64,000 bases of DNA from an uncultured Coriobacteriaceae bacterium (GTDB taxonomy: Bacteria; Actinomycetota; Coriobacteriia; Coriobacteriales; Coriobacteriaceae): contig CALUOB010000002.1 of the NCBI GenBank assembly GCA_944322175.1, forward strand, positions 29,078-93,077. Reading direction: 5' to 3'. Made by a program: the position numbers and the translations under genes. The notes beneath the pieces are model-generated. The model worked only from the letters and a program-made list of their open reading frames with translations, was not told the origin of the DNA and ran no database searches. Shown here piece after piece: positions 1 through 7,952 of this stretch; within the stretch, counting starts at the first letter, position 1; each line of letters begins with the position of its first letter.

Positions 1-1909
1 GGTAGTTCTCGGGCTTGCGGTACTGGATGAGCGCGCGCTGGAGCGCCTTCTCGTGCGGACTCTTGGGAACGTAGACCGGCTTCATAGTGCGCGGATCGAC
101 CCCGGTGTAGTACATGCACGTGCTCATGGTGCTCGGAGTGGGGTAGAAGTCCTGCACCTGCTCGGGCATATAGCCCAGGTCTCGGCAGTACTCGGCAAGC
201 TCGACCGCCTCCTTCATGGTAGAGCCCGGGTGGCTGCTCATGAGGTAGGGGACGAGGTACTGCTTGAGGCCGAGCTTCTCGTTCATACGGCGGTACTTCT
301 CGCAAAAGCGGTCGTACACGGCGCGGCTCGGTTTGCCCATGACCGAGAGCACGGCGTCGCTTACGTGCTCGGGCGCCACCTTGAGCTGGCCCGACACATG
401 GTGGGCGCAGAGCTCGGCGAGGAAGATCTCGTTGGGGTCGGGGTCGGCGAGCAGGTAGTCAAAGCGAATGCCGCTGCGCACGAAGACCTTCTTGACGCCG
501 GGGAGCGCGCGAAGCTTGCGCAGCAGCGACACGTAGTCGCGGTGGCTCACGTTCATCTGACGGCAGACCTCGGGCCATAGGCAGCGCTTCTTTACGCAGG
601 CACCGCGCTTGAGCTGGCCTTTGCAGGCGGGCTGGCGGAAGTTTGCCGTGGGACCGCCCACGTCGTGGATGTAGCCTTTGAACTCGGGGTCGTGTGTGAT
701 GACCTCGGCCTCGCGGATAAGCGACTCGTGGCTGCGCGTCTGCACGATGCGCCCTTGGTGGAACGTGAGGGCGCAAAACGAGCACTCGCCAAAGCAGCCG
801 CGGTTTGAGATGAGGCTCATCTTGACTTCTTTGAGCGCCGGCACGCCGCCCGCCGCCTCGTAGTCGGGGTGGTACGAGCGGGTGTAAGGCAGCGCGTACA
901 CGGCGTCCATCTCGGGTGTGGTGAGCGGCGCGGCGGGTGGGTTTTGGACCACGTACACGCTGTGCGGATAGGGTTCTACCAGGCGCTTGCCGCTTATGGG
1001 GTCGCTGTTCTCGTACTGCACGTTGAAGCTGCGCGCATAGGCAAGCCGGTCGGCCTCGAGCTCGTCCCAGCTGGGGAGCACCACCGCGTCGTACACCTCG
1101 TCGAGCGAGCGCGCGCGGTAGGCGGTGCCCGCAACGTAGGTGATCTGGTCAACGGGCAGCCCGGCGTCGAGCGCGTCGGCCACCTCGACGATGGCGTGCT
1201 CGCCCATGCCGTAGACGAGCAGGTCGGCTCCGGAGTCGAGAAGCACCGACCGCTTGAGCTTGTCTTGCCAGTAGTCGTAGTGCGCGAGGCGTCTGAGGCT
1301 CGCCTCGATGCCGCCGAGCACGATGGGCGTGTTCTTGAACGTGCGCCGGATCAGGTTGCCGTAGACGCTCACCGCGTGGTCCGGACGCGCACCGGCTTGT
1401 CCGCCCGGCGTGTAGGCGTCGGTGCGGCGGCGGTGCTTGGCCACCGAGTAATGGTTGACCATGGAGTCCATGTTGCCCGACGAAACGAGAAACGCCAGAC
1501 GCGGCTCGCCGAGGGCGGCGATGCTCGCAGGGTCGCGCCAGTCGGGCTGGCAGATCACGCCGACCTTGTAGCCGTGCGCTTCGAGAATGCGCGTGATAAT
1601 GGCCATGCCAAAGCTCGGATGATCCACGTAGGCGTCGCCGCAGATATAGACAAAATCGCACTGGTCCCAGCCCCGCGCCTCCATATCGGCGCGGCTCACC
1701 GGGAGAAACGCGCTGCGCGGGGGCAGCGCCGCGTGGGCGCGCGTTGCGGCGGCCGAGCGGCGCTTGGGAGGTTTGACACCGGCGTTTGCGCTGGCGCGGC
1801 GCTTCTCGGCTCCGTTGCCGGGGCGCGTGCTGTGGGCGCAGTTCTCGACATCGTGAGCGGAGGCTTTTGATTTGCTGCGCTGCGCGTCGCGGCGGTTCTG
1901 TTTGCTCAT
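1..1909 (-). CDS. ygiQ: YgiQ-family (UPF0313) radical SAM protein; 3' end lies outside the window
   Basis: Absent from the ORF track because it has no stop codon inside the window. My reverse-strand translation from ATG (complement of 1907-1909) reads MSKQNRRDAQRS... without stops to position 1. It contains NRGCFGECSFCALTF (CxxxCxxC radical-SAM cluster motif, complement of about 760-805), plus YICGDAYVDHPSFG and VSSGNMDSMVNHY typical of YgiQ. The + strand ORFs 53-580 and 869-1870 are its shadow frames. Confidence 0.8.
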   Translation of the reverse strand, partial: MSKQNRRDAQRSKSKASAHDVENCAHSTRPGNGAEKRRASANAGVKPPKRRSAAATRAHAALPPRSAFLPVSRADMEARGWDQCDFVYICGDAYVDHPSFGMAIITRILEAHGYKVGVICQPDWRDPASIAALGEPRLAFLVSSGNMDSMVNHYSVAKHRRRTDAYTPGGQAGARPDHAVSVYGNLIRRTFKNTPIVLGGIEASLRRLAHYDYWQDKLKRSVLLDSGADLLVYGMGEHAIVEVADALDAGLPVDQITYVAGTAYRARSLDEVYDAVVLPSWDELEADRLAYARSFNVQYENSDPISGKRLVEPYPHSVYVVQNPPAAPLTTPEMDAVYALPYTRSYHPDYEAAGGVPALKEVKMSLISNRGCFGECSFCALTFHQGRIVQTRSHESLIREAEVITHDPEFKGYIHDVGGPTANFRQPACKGQLKRGACVKKRCLWPEVCRQMNVSHRDYVSLLRKLRALPGVKKVFVRSGIRFDYLLADPDPNEIFLAELCAHHVSGQLKVAPEHVSDAVLSVMGKPSRAVYDRFCEKYRRMNEKLGLKQYLVPYLMSSHPGSTMKEAVELAEYCRDLGYMPEQVQDFYPTPSTMSTCMYYTGVDPRTMKPVYVPKSPHEKALQRALIQYRKPENY

Positions 1910-2052
1910 AAGCTCCTCGATCATAGGTTGCCCCACATTATACGGTTGTTCTTCTCGCGCCTTTGCCTGCGCTTGCTTGATGCTCGATCACGGTCCGGCG
2001 GGCGCATACCCCGGCTGCCGTTTGCGAGAGAGGGGGGACTTCTCCACGAGAC

Positions 2053-2132
2053 AAGGACCCAACGGACGCTTCGGCGCGCGAGATAAGGACCCAAACGGAC
2101 GCTTCGGCGCGCGAGAACGTCCGTTTGGGTCC
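2053..2132. repeat. Tandem 31/32-nt direct repeat plus an inverted arm forming a 15-bp-stem hairpin
   Basis: aaggacccaa(a)cggacgcttcggcgcgcgaga occurs at 2053-2083 and 2085-2116. cgtccgtttgggtcc (2118-2132) is the exact reverse complement of ggacccaaacggacg (2087-2101). Located in the divergent intergenic region between ygiQ and the ECF operon. Confidence 0.9.
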
Positions 2133-2299
2133 GCATCATGGGCGCGGCGCTCCCACCGGAAGGGGGCGCCCGCCCCGCCCGAGGACGACCCCGTCCTTCT
2201 CGCTTCGTACTTCTCGCCACCGTTCTCTGATAGACTGGGACTCACATATTCATTTTGACCTGACGGATGGCGTGGAGACACGCGGGCAGGAGGGGTTGC

Positions 2300-2525
2300 C
2301 GCGGCAACCTGCGATGCAGCCGAGAAGCTCTCGGTGATAACCTGCTTGGGGGAATCGGGGTGCGAGTCCCCGGCTATACCAGTAACCGTGATTCCGATGG
2401 TCGCGCGTGCGAGTCCGCCGTATCGGGCGGTAAGCGCGGCCAGGTGACGATGAGTCGGATCGCCCCTCCGTCTGCAGCTCGTGGTGCGGGCTGCCACGGC
2501 GCGCTTGGCGGCCGGGGTCCTGGAA
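2300..2525 (+). promoter_or_regulatory. Putative cobalamin (B12) riboswitch in the leader of the ECF operon; boundaries approximate
   Basis: The core gggaatcggggtgcgagtccccggctatacc (about 2349-2380) closely parallels the conserved GGGAAUC-stem-UGCGAAUC-stem-GCU core of cobalamin riboswitches such as E. coli btuB. A B12-box-like ggccaggtgacgatgagtcggatcgcc lies at about 2448-2465. It sits directly upstream of a DUF4430 / ECF transporter operon, a typical B12-regulated context. No covariance-model search was possible. Confidence 0.5.
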
Positions 2526-2538
2526 GAAAGGTGTCCGC

Positions 2539-3039
2539 ATGCTCGGAACCAACCATGCGCTCAAGAAGCGCGCCCACCTTGCAGCTCTGTTCGCTACCGT
2601 TGCCGTTGCCTTTGTGCTCGGCGTTGCCGGCTGCACGCAGACCACGGCAGGCACCGGCTCTGCCGCAGGCAGCGCTGCGACTGCCGAGAAGGGCTCTGCC
2701 GCGGCGGTTGCCGAGGACGGCCAGATCCTCGTGACGGTGACGGTGGACTCCTCCGCAGCCGACGATTTGGTGTCGTTTGACCAGGAGGTTGCCGTTGACG
2801 AGGGCGCTACGGCCTACGACGCGCTCGTTGCCACCGGCCTTTCGGTCAACGCGAGCGACAGCGAGTACGGCATGTACGTCGAGGGTATCGACGGCCTGGC
2901 AGCTGGCGACCACGGCGACATGAGCGGCTGGATGTTCGACATCAACGGCGAGATGGCCGAGGAGTCGTGCGACAAGATCGAGCTTGCCGACGGCGACACG
3001 GTCAACTGGATCTACAGCACCGGCGAGGAGTTCGAGTAA
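2539..3039 (+). CDS. DUF4430-domain lipoprotein (transcobalamin-like corrinoid-binding surface protein)
   Basis: 166-aa ORF with a lipoprotein signal and lipobox (FVLGVAGC). The C-terminal part GMYVEGIDGLAAGDHGDMSGWMFDINGEMAEESCDKIELADGDTVNWIYS matches the DUF4430 pattern (G-F-V-I-G-L...GW-Y-VNG...L-DGD-V-W-Y). Confidence 0.75.
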   Translation: MLGTNHALKKRAHLAALFATVAVAFVLGVAGCTQTTAGTGSAAGSAATAEKGSAAAVAEDGQILVTVTVDSSAADDLVSFDQEVAVDEGATAYDALVATGLSVNASDSEYGMYVEGIDGLAAGDHGDMSGWMFDINGEMAEESCDKIELADGDTVNWIYSTGEEFE

Positions 3040-3203
3040 GCCGGCACGCGCAAGCGAGAGCAGGGGCGGGCCTTCGGGTCCGTCCTTCTCGTTTAGGTGC
3101 AGGTGCCAGGCACCGTGGGCAGTGTGACCCGGCGCTCACGTCCGCGCATGCCGGGGCGGGCGTTCGCGTCGCGCGTGCCCTTGGCTGACCCAGGCAAGCC
3201 CGT

Positions 3204-4085
3204 TTGTCAGGAGACGTACTGAGCAACGTGTTTGAGACATATCATCCGGCGGTGGCGTTTGCCTACCTTGCGTGCTGCATCGCGGTTGCTATGGCGGCGC
3301 TGCAACCCGTCTACGTTGTGCTCTCGCTTGCCGGCGCACTTGCCTGTGCATGCGTGACGCGGGGCCCCGGAGCGGCTGCGCGCTCGCTTGCATGGGCGCT
3401 GCCGCTCGTGGCGCTGGTGACGGTGGTCAACCCGCTCTTCTCGGCCTCGGGCTCTACGGAGATCATGCGGCTGGGCTCGCGCGCGGTGTATGCGGAGTCA
3501 CTGTTTTACGGCGCGTGCTCGGGCGGCATGCTTGCCGCGGTGCTCGTGTGGTTTACGAGCTACGCCGCCTGCATGACCAGCGAGAACAGCATGGCCCTGT
3601 TTGGCAACGTGGCGCCGGTGCTCGTGACCATGGTCTCGCAGGTGCTGCGCCTCATCCCGCAGTTCGTGAGCCGCGGGCGCAAGATCGCCGCCGTTCAGGA
3701 CGCCGCGAGCTCGGCTGCGCCGCGGGGTCGTCGGGAGCAGGCGCGCGACCGCATGCGCACGGTGAGCGTGCTCATGGGATGGGGCATGGAGGACGGTCTG
3801 GTGCGCAGCGACGCCATGCGCGCCCGCGGTTACGGGTGCGGTGCGCGGCGCACGAGCTATCGGCGCTTCAGGGTCAAGGCGGCCGACGCCGCCGTGCTCG
3901 CGTGCGTGCTTGCGCTCGCGGCGGTCAACGCTCCGCTCGTGGCGCTTGCGTGCGGGCAGTACGCGTTCTATCCCACGCTGAGCGTGCTGGTCGTGTGGTG
4001 GGGTTATCTTCCGTACGCGGCGCTTATGGCGGTGCCGGTTGTGCTGCAGGCAAAGGAGGCGTGGCAGTGGCGATCGTCCAAGTAG
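3204..4085 (+). CDS. ecfT: ECF transporter transmembrane (T) component, EcfT/CbiQ family
   Basis: 293-aa polytopic membrane ORF. It has the cytoplasmic Arg-rich coupling region (MEDGLVRSDAMRARGYG, i.e. the ARG motifs of CbiQ/EcfT). It lies directly upstream of and overlapping the ECF ATPase gene. The TTG start is uncertain. Confidence 0.75.
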   Translation: MSGDVLSNVFETYHPAVAFAYLACCIAVAMAALQPVYVVLSLAGALACACVTRGPGAAARSLAWALPLVALVTVVNPLFSASGSTEIMRLGSRAVYAESLFYGACSGGMLAAVLVWFTSYAACMTSENSMALFGNVAPVLVTMVSQVLRLIPQFVSRGRKIAAVQDAASSAAPRGRREQARDRMRTVSVLMGWGMEDGLVRSDAMRARGYGCGARRTSYRRFRVKAADAAVLACVLALAAVNAPLVALACGQYAFYPTLSVLVVWWGYLPYAALMAVPVVLQAKEAWQWRSSK

Positions 4086-5653
4086 AGAACTTCTCGTTTG
4101 CCTACCCTGGCGAGGGGCGGGGAGCAAGCTTTGACATGGGGGCCGCCGGCGCCGATGCCGGGCGAGTTGCCGCACACGATACCGAGCAGACGAGCGGATG
4201 GGCGCTCAGCAACGTGTCGTTCTCGGTTGAAGAGGGCGCGTTCTGCGTGCTTGTGGGTCCCACCGGCTGCGGCAAGACCACGCTGCTGCGCGCGCTCAAG
4301 CCCGAGCTTGCCCCTGCGGGCGAGAAGCGCGGGTGCATGCGCGTGCTCGGACGCGCGGTTCTCGAGGACGGCGTTGCGGTTGCGGGCCTTACGGCGCGTG
4401 AGTCTGCGGAGCAGATCGGGTTCGTTATGCAGGATCCCGCCGCGCAGATCGTGTGCGACACCGTGTGGCATGAGCTTGCCTTTGGCCTTGAGAATCTCGG
4501 CATGGGACAGGACGAGATGCGCCGCCGCATTGCCGAGGTCGCGCACTTCTTTGGAATCGAGCCCGTTATGCGCGCCGCCACCGAGACGCTGTCGGGTGGC
4601 CAGAAGCAGCTTGTGAACCTGGCTGCCGTGCTTGCGCTGCGGCCGCGGCTGCTGCTGCTCGACGAACCCACCGCGCAGCTCGACCCCAACGCGCAACGGC
4701 AGTTCATCTTCATGCTTGCCCGTGTAAACCGCGAGCTCGGCACTACGGTCGTCATGGCAACGCACGCTCCCGAGGACGCGGAGCCCTACGTGACACAGCG
4801 CGTTGAGCTCGGGTATGTGCCGCCCCTCGGGGAGCGCGCCGCCGTGCGCGTGCCGCTTGCAGTTGGGCAGGAGCCGACCCCCTCGACCCCCTCGACCCCC
4901 TCGACCCCCTCGACCCCCTCGACCCCCTCGACCCCCTCGACCCCCGCGCTTCTCGTCAAGGACGCCTTCTTTAGGTACGGCCGCCGCGACCCGTGGGTGC
5001 TGCGCGGGCTGAGCGTGCGCGTGAGCCCGGGTACCGTCCACGCGTTCGTAGGCGGCAACGGCTGCGGCAAAACCACGTTGCTGCACCTCATGGCCGGCGT
5101 GCTCAAGCCCCAGGACGGCCGCGTGCTGAGCCCGCACGCCGACCGCCAGGTGCTCATGCCCCAGGATCCCAAGGCGCTTTTGGTGTGCGACACGGTTGCC
5201 GAGGAGCTCGCCGAATGGCGCGCGCGGTGCGGCTACACTGCCGAGGACGAGCGGCGCGTGTGCGCACGCTTCGGCCTTGACGGGTTAGAGAACCGGCACC
5301 CGTACGATCTCTCCGGCGGCCAGCAGCAAAAGCTTGCGCTCGCAAAGCTCTTGCTCGCCGACCCGCAGCTGCTCTTTCTCGACGAGCCCACCAAGGGCCT
5401 CGACGCGTCTGCCTGCGCCGATGCCGCGCATATGGTGCGCGCGCTTGCGGCGGAGGGGCGCACGGTGGTGCTCGTAACCCACGATCTCGACTTTGCCTAC
5501 GCGGTGGCCGACGAGGTCTCGATGCTTTTTGACGGCGAGCTTGCCTGCACGGAGCCCTCGGCAACCTTCTTCGCGCGCAACCTCGTGTACCGCCCGCACG
5601 ACCGGTCCCGCTTCTTCGGGGCGCTTGCGGCTTGCGAAGGGCGGCAGCCATGA
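4067..5653 (+). CDS. Fused double ABC ATPase of an ECF transporter (EcfA-EcfA')
   Basis: Track ORF 3272-5653 is in frame, but its first 265 codons overlap ecfT out of frame. A GTG at 4067 is preceded by aaggagg (4052-4058). There are two ABC cassettes: GPTGCGKTT / LSGGQKQ / LLLLDEP and GGNGCGKTT / LSGGQQQ / LLFLDEP. They are joined by a (PST)x7 linker. Confidence 0.85.
   Translation: MAIVQVENFSFAYPGEGRGASFDMGAAGADAGRVAAHDTEQTSGWALSNVSFSVEEGAFCVLVGPTGCGKTTLLRALKPELAPAGEKRGCMRVLGRAVLEDGVAVAGLTARESAEQIGFVMQDPAAQIVCDTVWHELAFGLENLGMGQDEMRRRIAEVAHFFGIEPVMRAATETLSGGQKQLVNLAAVLALRPRLLLLDEPTAQLDPNAQRQFIFMLARVNRELGTTVVMATHAPEDAEPYVTQRVELGYVPPLGERAAVRVPLAVGQEPTPSTPSTPSTPSTPSTPSTPSTPALLVKDAFFRYGRRDPWVLRGLSVRVSPGTVHAFVGGNGCGKTTLLHLMAGVLKPQDGRVLSPHADRQVLMPQDPKALLVCDTVAEELAEWRARCGYTAEDERRVCARFGLDGLENRHPYDLSGGQQQKLALAKLLLADPQLLFLDEPTKGLDASACADAAHMVRALAAEGRTVVLVTHDLDFAYAVADEVSMLFDGELACTEPSATFFARNLVYRPHDRSRFFGALAACEGRQP
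4880..4942 (+). repeat. Perfect 7 x 9-bp tandem repeat (ccctcgacc) encoding (PST)7 in the inter-cassette linker
   Basis: Read directly: ccctcgacc repeated seven times in frame inside the ATPase gene. Confidence 0.95.
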
Positions 5654-6540
5654 GCGGGGCGCCACGGTCTTTGGGGCGTGTAAGCGCAGGTGCTCCCCGT
5701 GAGGAGAAGAAGAGCGCCCGCCCCGGCGCCCGCCCTTCTGCCACGTCCCCCGCATCTTCCGGCGCTCCTGCTGCTCGCGGTGCCGCTGCGCGCCGTGCGG
5801 CGGGTGCGGCGCTCGAGGCGGTCGCGCTTCTCGCCGTGCCTGTTGTGCTGGGGTTTTGCGCGGCAACCGGCGTAGGCCAGAGCGCGCTGCTCTCGTTTTT
5901 TGTGGTGGTTGCTTCACTCGCCGTGTTCTTCGGGCGCTTTGAGGCCTCTGCCCCGCGCCTGCGCGACATCATGCCGGCCGCCGTGCTCGCCGCCCTCGCC
6001 GCAGCCGGACGCGTGCTCTTTGCGCCGGTGCCCGACTTCAAGCCGGTTTCGGCCATCGCCATCATCGCGGGTGCCGTCTTCGGGCGCCGCAGCGGCTTTA
6101 TGGTGGGGGCGCTCGCGGCGCTCGCGTCGAACTTCTTCTTCGGCCAAGGCCCGTGGACGCCCTGGCAGATGTACGCCTGGGGCATGGTCGGCTATCTGGC
6201 GGGGCTGCTTGCCCGCGCGGGGGCGTTTCGGGGGGCGTCGACTGTTCGGGCAGCGGGCACGGCTCGCCCTAGGGGCGCTTCTCTGCGCGCTTTTCTCCAC
6301 ATGCTGCCTCTTTACGTGTTCGGGTTTGTGTCGGGGCCGCTCTACGGCCTCATCCTCAACTCGTGGAGCATCATCGGGTTTTATCACCCACAGAGCCTCG
6401 CGCAGGCGGCGCTGGTATATGCGGCCGCGCTCCCATTCGACCTGGCGCACGGCGTGTCGACCGTGGTGTTTCTCGCCGTTCTGTACGCCCCGTGGCACCG
6501 CAAGCTCGAGCGCGTCCGCCGCAAGTACGACCTGCGGTAA
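5650..6540 (+). CDS. ECF transporter substrate-specific (S) component, candidate corrinoid S unit
   Basis: The ATG at 5650 overlaps the ATPase stop (ATGA). Multi-TM protein with NFFFGQGPWTPWQMYAWGMVGYLAG, a motif I associate with ECF S components. The N-terminal 60 aa is Ala/Arg/Pro low complexity, so the true start may be further downstream. Confidence 0.6.
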   Translation: MSGAPRSLGRVSAGAPREEKKSARPGARPSATSPASSGAPAARGAAARRAAGAALEAVALLAVPVVLGFCAATGVGQSALLSFFVVVASLAVFFGRFEASAPRLRDIMPAAVLAALAAAGRVLFAPVPDFKPVSAIAIIAGAVFGRRSGFMVGALAALASNFFFGQGPWTPWQMYAWGMVGYLAGLLARAGAFRGASTVRAAGTARPRGASLRAFLHMLPLYVFGFVSGPLYGLILNSWSIIGFYHPQSLAQAALVYAAALPFDLAHGVSTVVFLAVLYAPWHRKLERVRRKYDLR

Positions 6541-6592
6541 CGCCTGATCCGGTTGACTCGGGGGCATCATTCCTAGGGTATCGGTGGGAGGG

Positions 6593-6690
6593 CTGACTTT
6601 CGTGCACGAAAGTTCATGAACAATCGTGCATGAAAGTCAGAAAACCCCAGTTGGCGTCTCGTTGGGCCTCCGAAAGTTCATGAACTTTCG
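6593..6690. repeat. Cluster of nested perfect palindromes sharing the core cgaaagttcatgaac
   Basis: actttcgtgcacgaaagt (6596-6613) is a perfect 18-bp palindrome. ctgactttc (6593-6601) pairs with gaaagtcag (6632-6640). cgaaagttcatgaactttcg (6671-6690) is a perfect 20-bp palindrome. cgaaagttcatgaac occurs at 6607-6621 and 6671-6685. Located between the convergent ECF S gene and the DUF559 gene. Confidence 0.9.
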
Positions 6691-6772
6691 GGTGGGATGG
6701 GCATGCAGGTCGGATATGAGCGCGGCGACAGGGAGGTTTGCCGGTGCGAGAGGTTCTCGTCACAACGCATTT

Positions 6773-7708
6773 CTACCACGGGCGGCCAAAGAGACGGGCT
6801 CGAAGCCTCTCGTTGGCTTGGCGCTGCTCGGGAGTTCGGCTTTTCGACGGGAGTTGCATGTGCAGTCTGAGCGCGGCTACGAGTGAGTCGAGCTCTTCTT
6901 GTTGTTTTGTTTGGTAGCTGGTGAGCTCGAACACAGTGTATCCCGCCTCTTGCAGGTGAGTGCGTCGTGCGGCATCTAGGCCAATGCGCTCGGTGTCGGC
7001 GTGAAACTCGGTACTCTGGTACTCGAGCACGATACGGTGAGAGGGCCAGAAAAGATCGGGATATCGTTTCTCGGCGGCACCGTTCCGGACAGCGCTAATT
7101 GGCGGGTTGAGTATGGGTAACGGCAGGCCGTATCCTCCCTGTGTTGGTGGAAGGGCGAGAATAATGGCCGCTTTTGCCTCTTCAGGCGATCGGGCGCCTT
7201 CTTGAGCGTAGCGCGCAAGGAGCTTGAGTCGTTTGATCCCATGAGTTCTCGTTGTGCGGCTGAGGTATTCGGCCATTTGGCCAAGAGTCATGAGCGGCGG
7301 GCGTTCGTACAGGCTGCCTTTGTAGGTTCGGTATCGCGCAAGGATACGGTACAGGTAAAGAAGAATCTCGACGTCGTCGAGCTTGGGCGCTCTACGGATT
7401 AGGGCGGCGAGGGGGATCAGCGAGTAGACGTCGCGGGTGAGTCGTGTGATCGTGCCTTCCGGATACGGAGGTGAAGCGTAGTGAGCGATGACGCTGGCGT
7501 TCATGCGCTGGTCCGAGCGCCGGGGCACCAGCACGTGCACGGGGCGGGTGTTGATGCCAAGGCGGGTGAGCTGCTGCTCTGGCAAGGGGCCCGAGGCGGT
7601 GATGCCGTTGACCCAGGAGCAGAGGGAGGCCGGGGCGATCGTCCGGGTAACGGGGCAATCGCCGAGCCAGAAGTCGAGCGCTGCTATGTCGCAAAGAACA
7701 AGAGCCAT
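6773..7708 (-). CDS. DUF559 / Vsr-like (restriction-endonuclease fold) domain protein
   Basis: 311-aa ORF. The C-terminus YPDLFWPSHRIVLEYQSTEFHADTERIGLDAARRTHLQEAGYTVFELT fits the DUF559 pattern (D-x-W-x...-v-E-x-d-g-x-x-H...D-x-x-R-x-x-x-L-x-x-x-G-w-x-v-x-R). Confidence 0.55.
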   Translation of the reverse strand: MALVLCDIAALDFWLGDCPVTRTIAPASLCSWVNGITASGPLPEQQLTRLGINTRPVHVLVPRRSDQRMNASVIAHYASPPYPEGTITRLTRDVYSLIPLAALIRRAPKLDDVEILLYLYRILARYRTYKGSLYERPPLMTLGQMAEYLSRTTRTHGIKRLKLLARYAQEGARSPEEAKAAIILALPPTQGGYGLPLPILNPPISAVRNGAAEKRYPDLFWPSHRIVLEYQSTEFHADTERIGLDAARRTHLQEAGYTVFELTSYQTKQQEELDSLVAALRLHMQLPSKSRTPEQRQANERLRARLFGRPW

Positions 7709-7952
7709 ACTCGGAGCGTACGGCGGTTGGCGGTGCGGCTGAGAAGAATTTCAGAAAGTCCGGGCCGGTCAAACAAAACGCCGTCCTCGCGACTGTAGTT
7801 GTGGAGAAAGAACCGCAGTTGAGCGGCTAGTACCCGTCTGCACGTGCGTCCGCCGCTTGTGGAAAACTCGGCGACAGGCGAGAAGTTCCGGTATTAGCCG
7901 ACCGGCAAGGCGGGTATGCAGAGCGTAGCGACGCGAGAGAGGGGACGGGCGT

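Noticed and set aside
53-1870. Plus-strand ORFs 53-580 and 869-1870 (and minus-strand 1149-1661 in another frame)
   Set aside because: These are shadow frames of the minus-strand YgiQ radical-SAM gene. That gene reads through the whole region and carries the CxxxCxxC motif.
3272-4066. N-terminal 265 codons of the 793-aa ORF 3272-5653
   Set aside because: It is out of frame with, and fully overlaps, the EcfT gene, and has Arg/Ala/Gly-rich shadow composition. The ATPase starts at the GTG at 4067, which has a good RBS.
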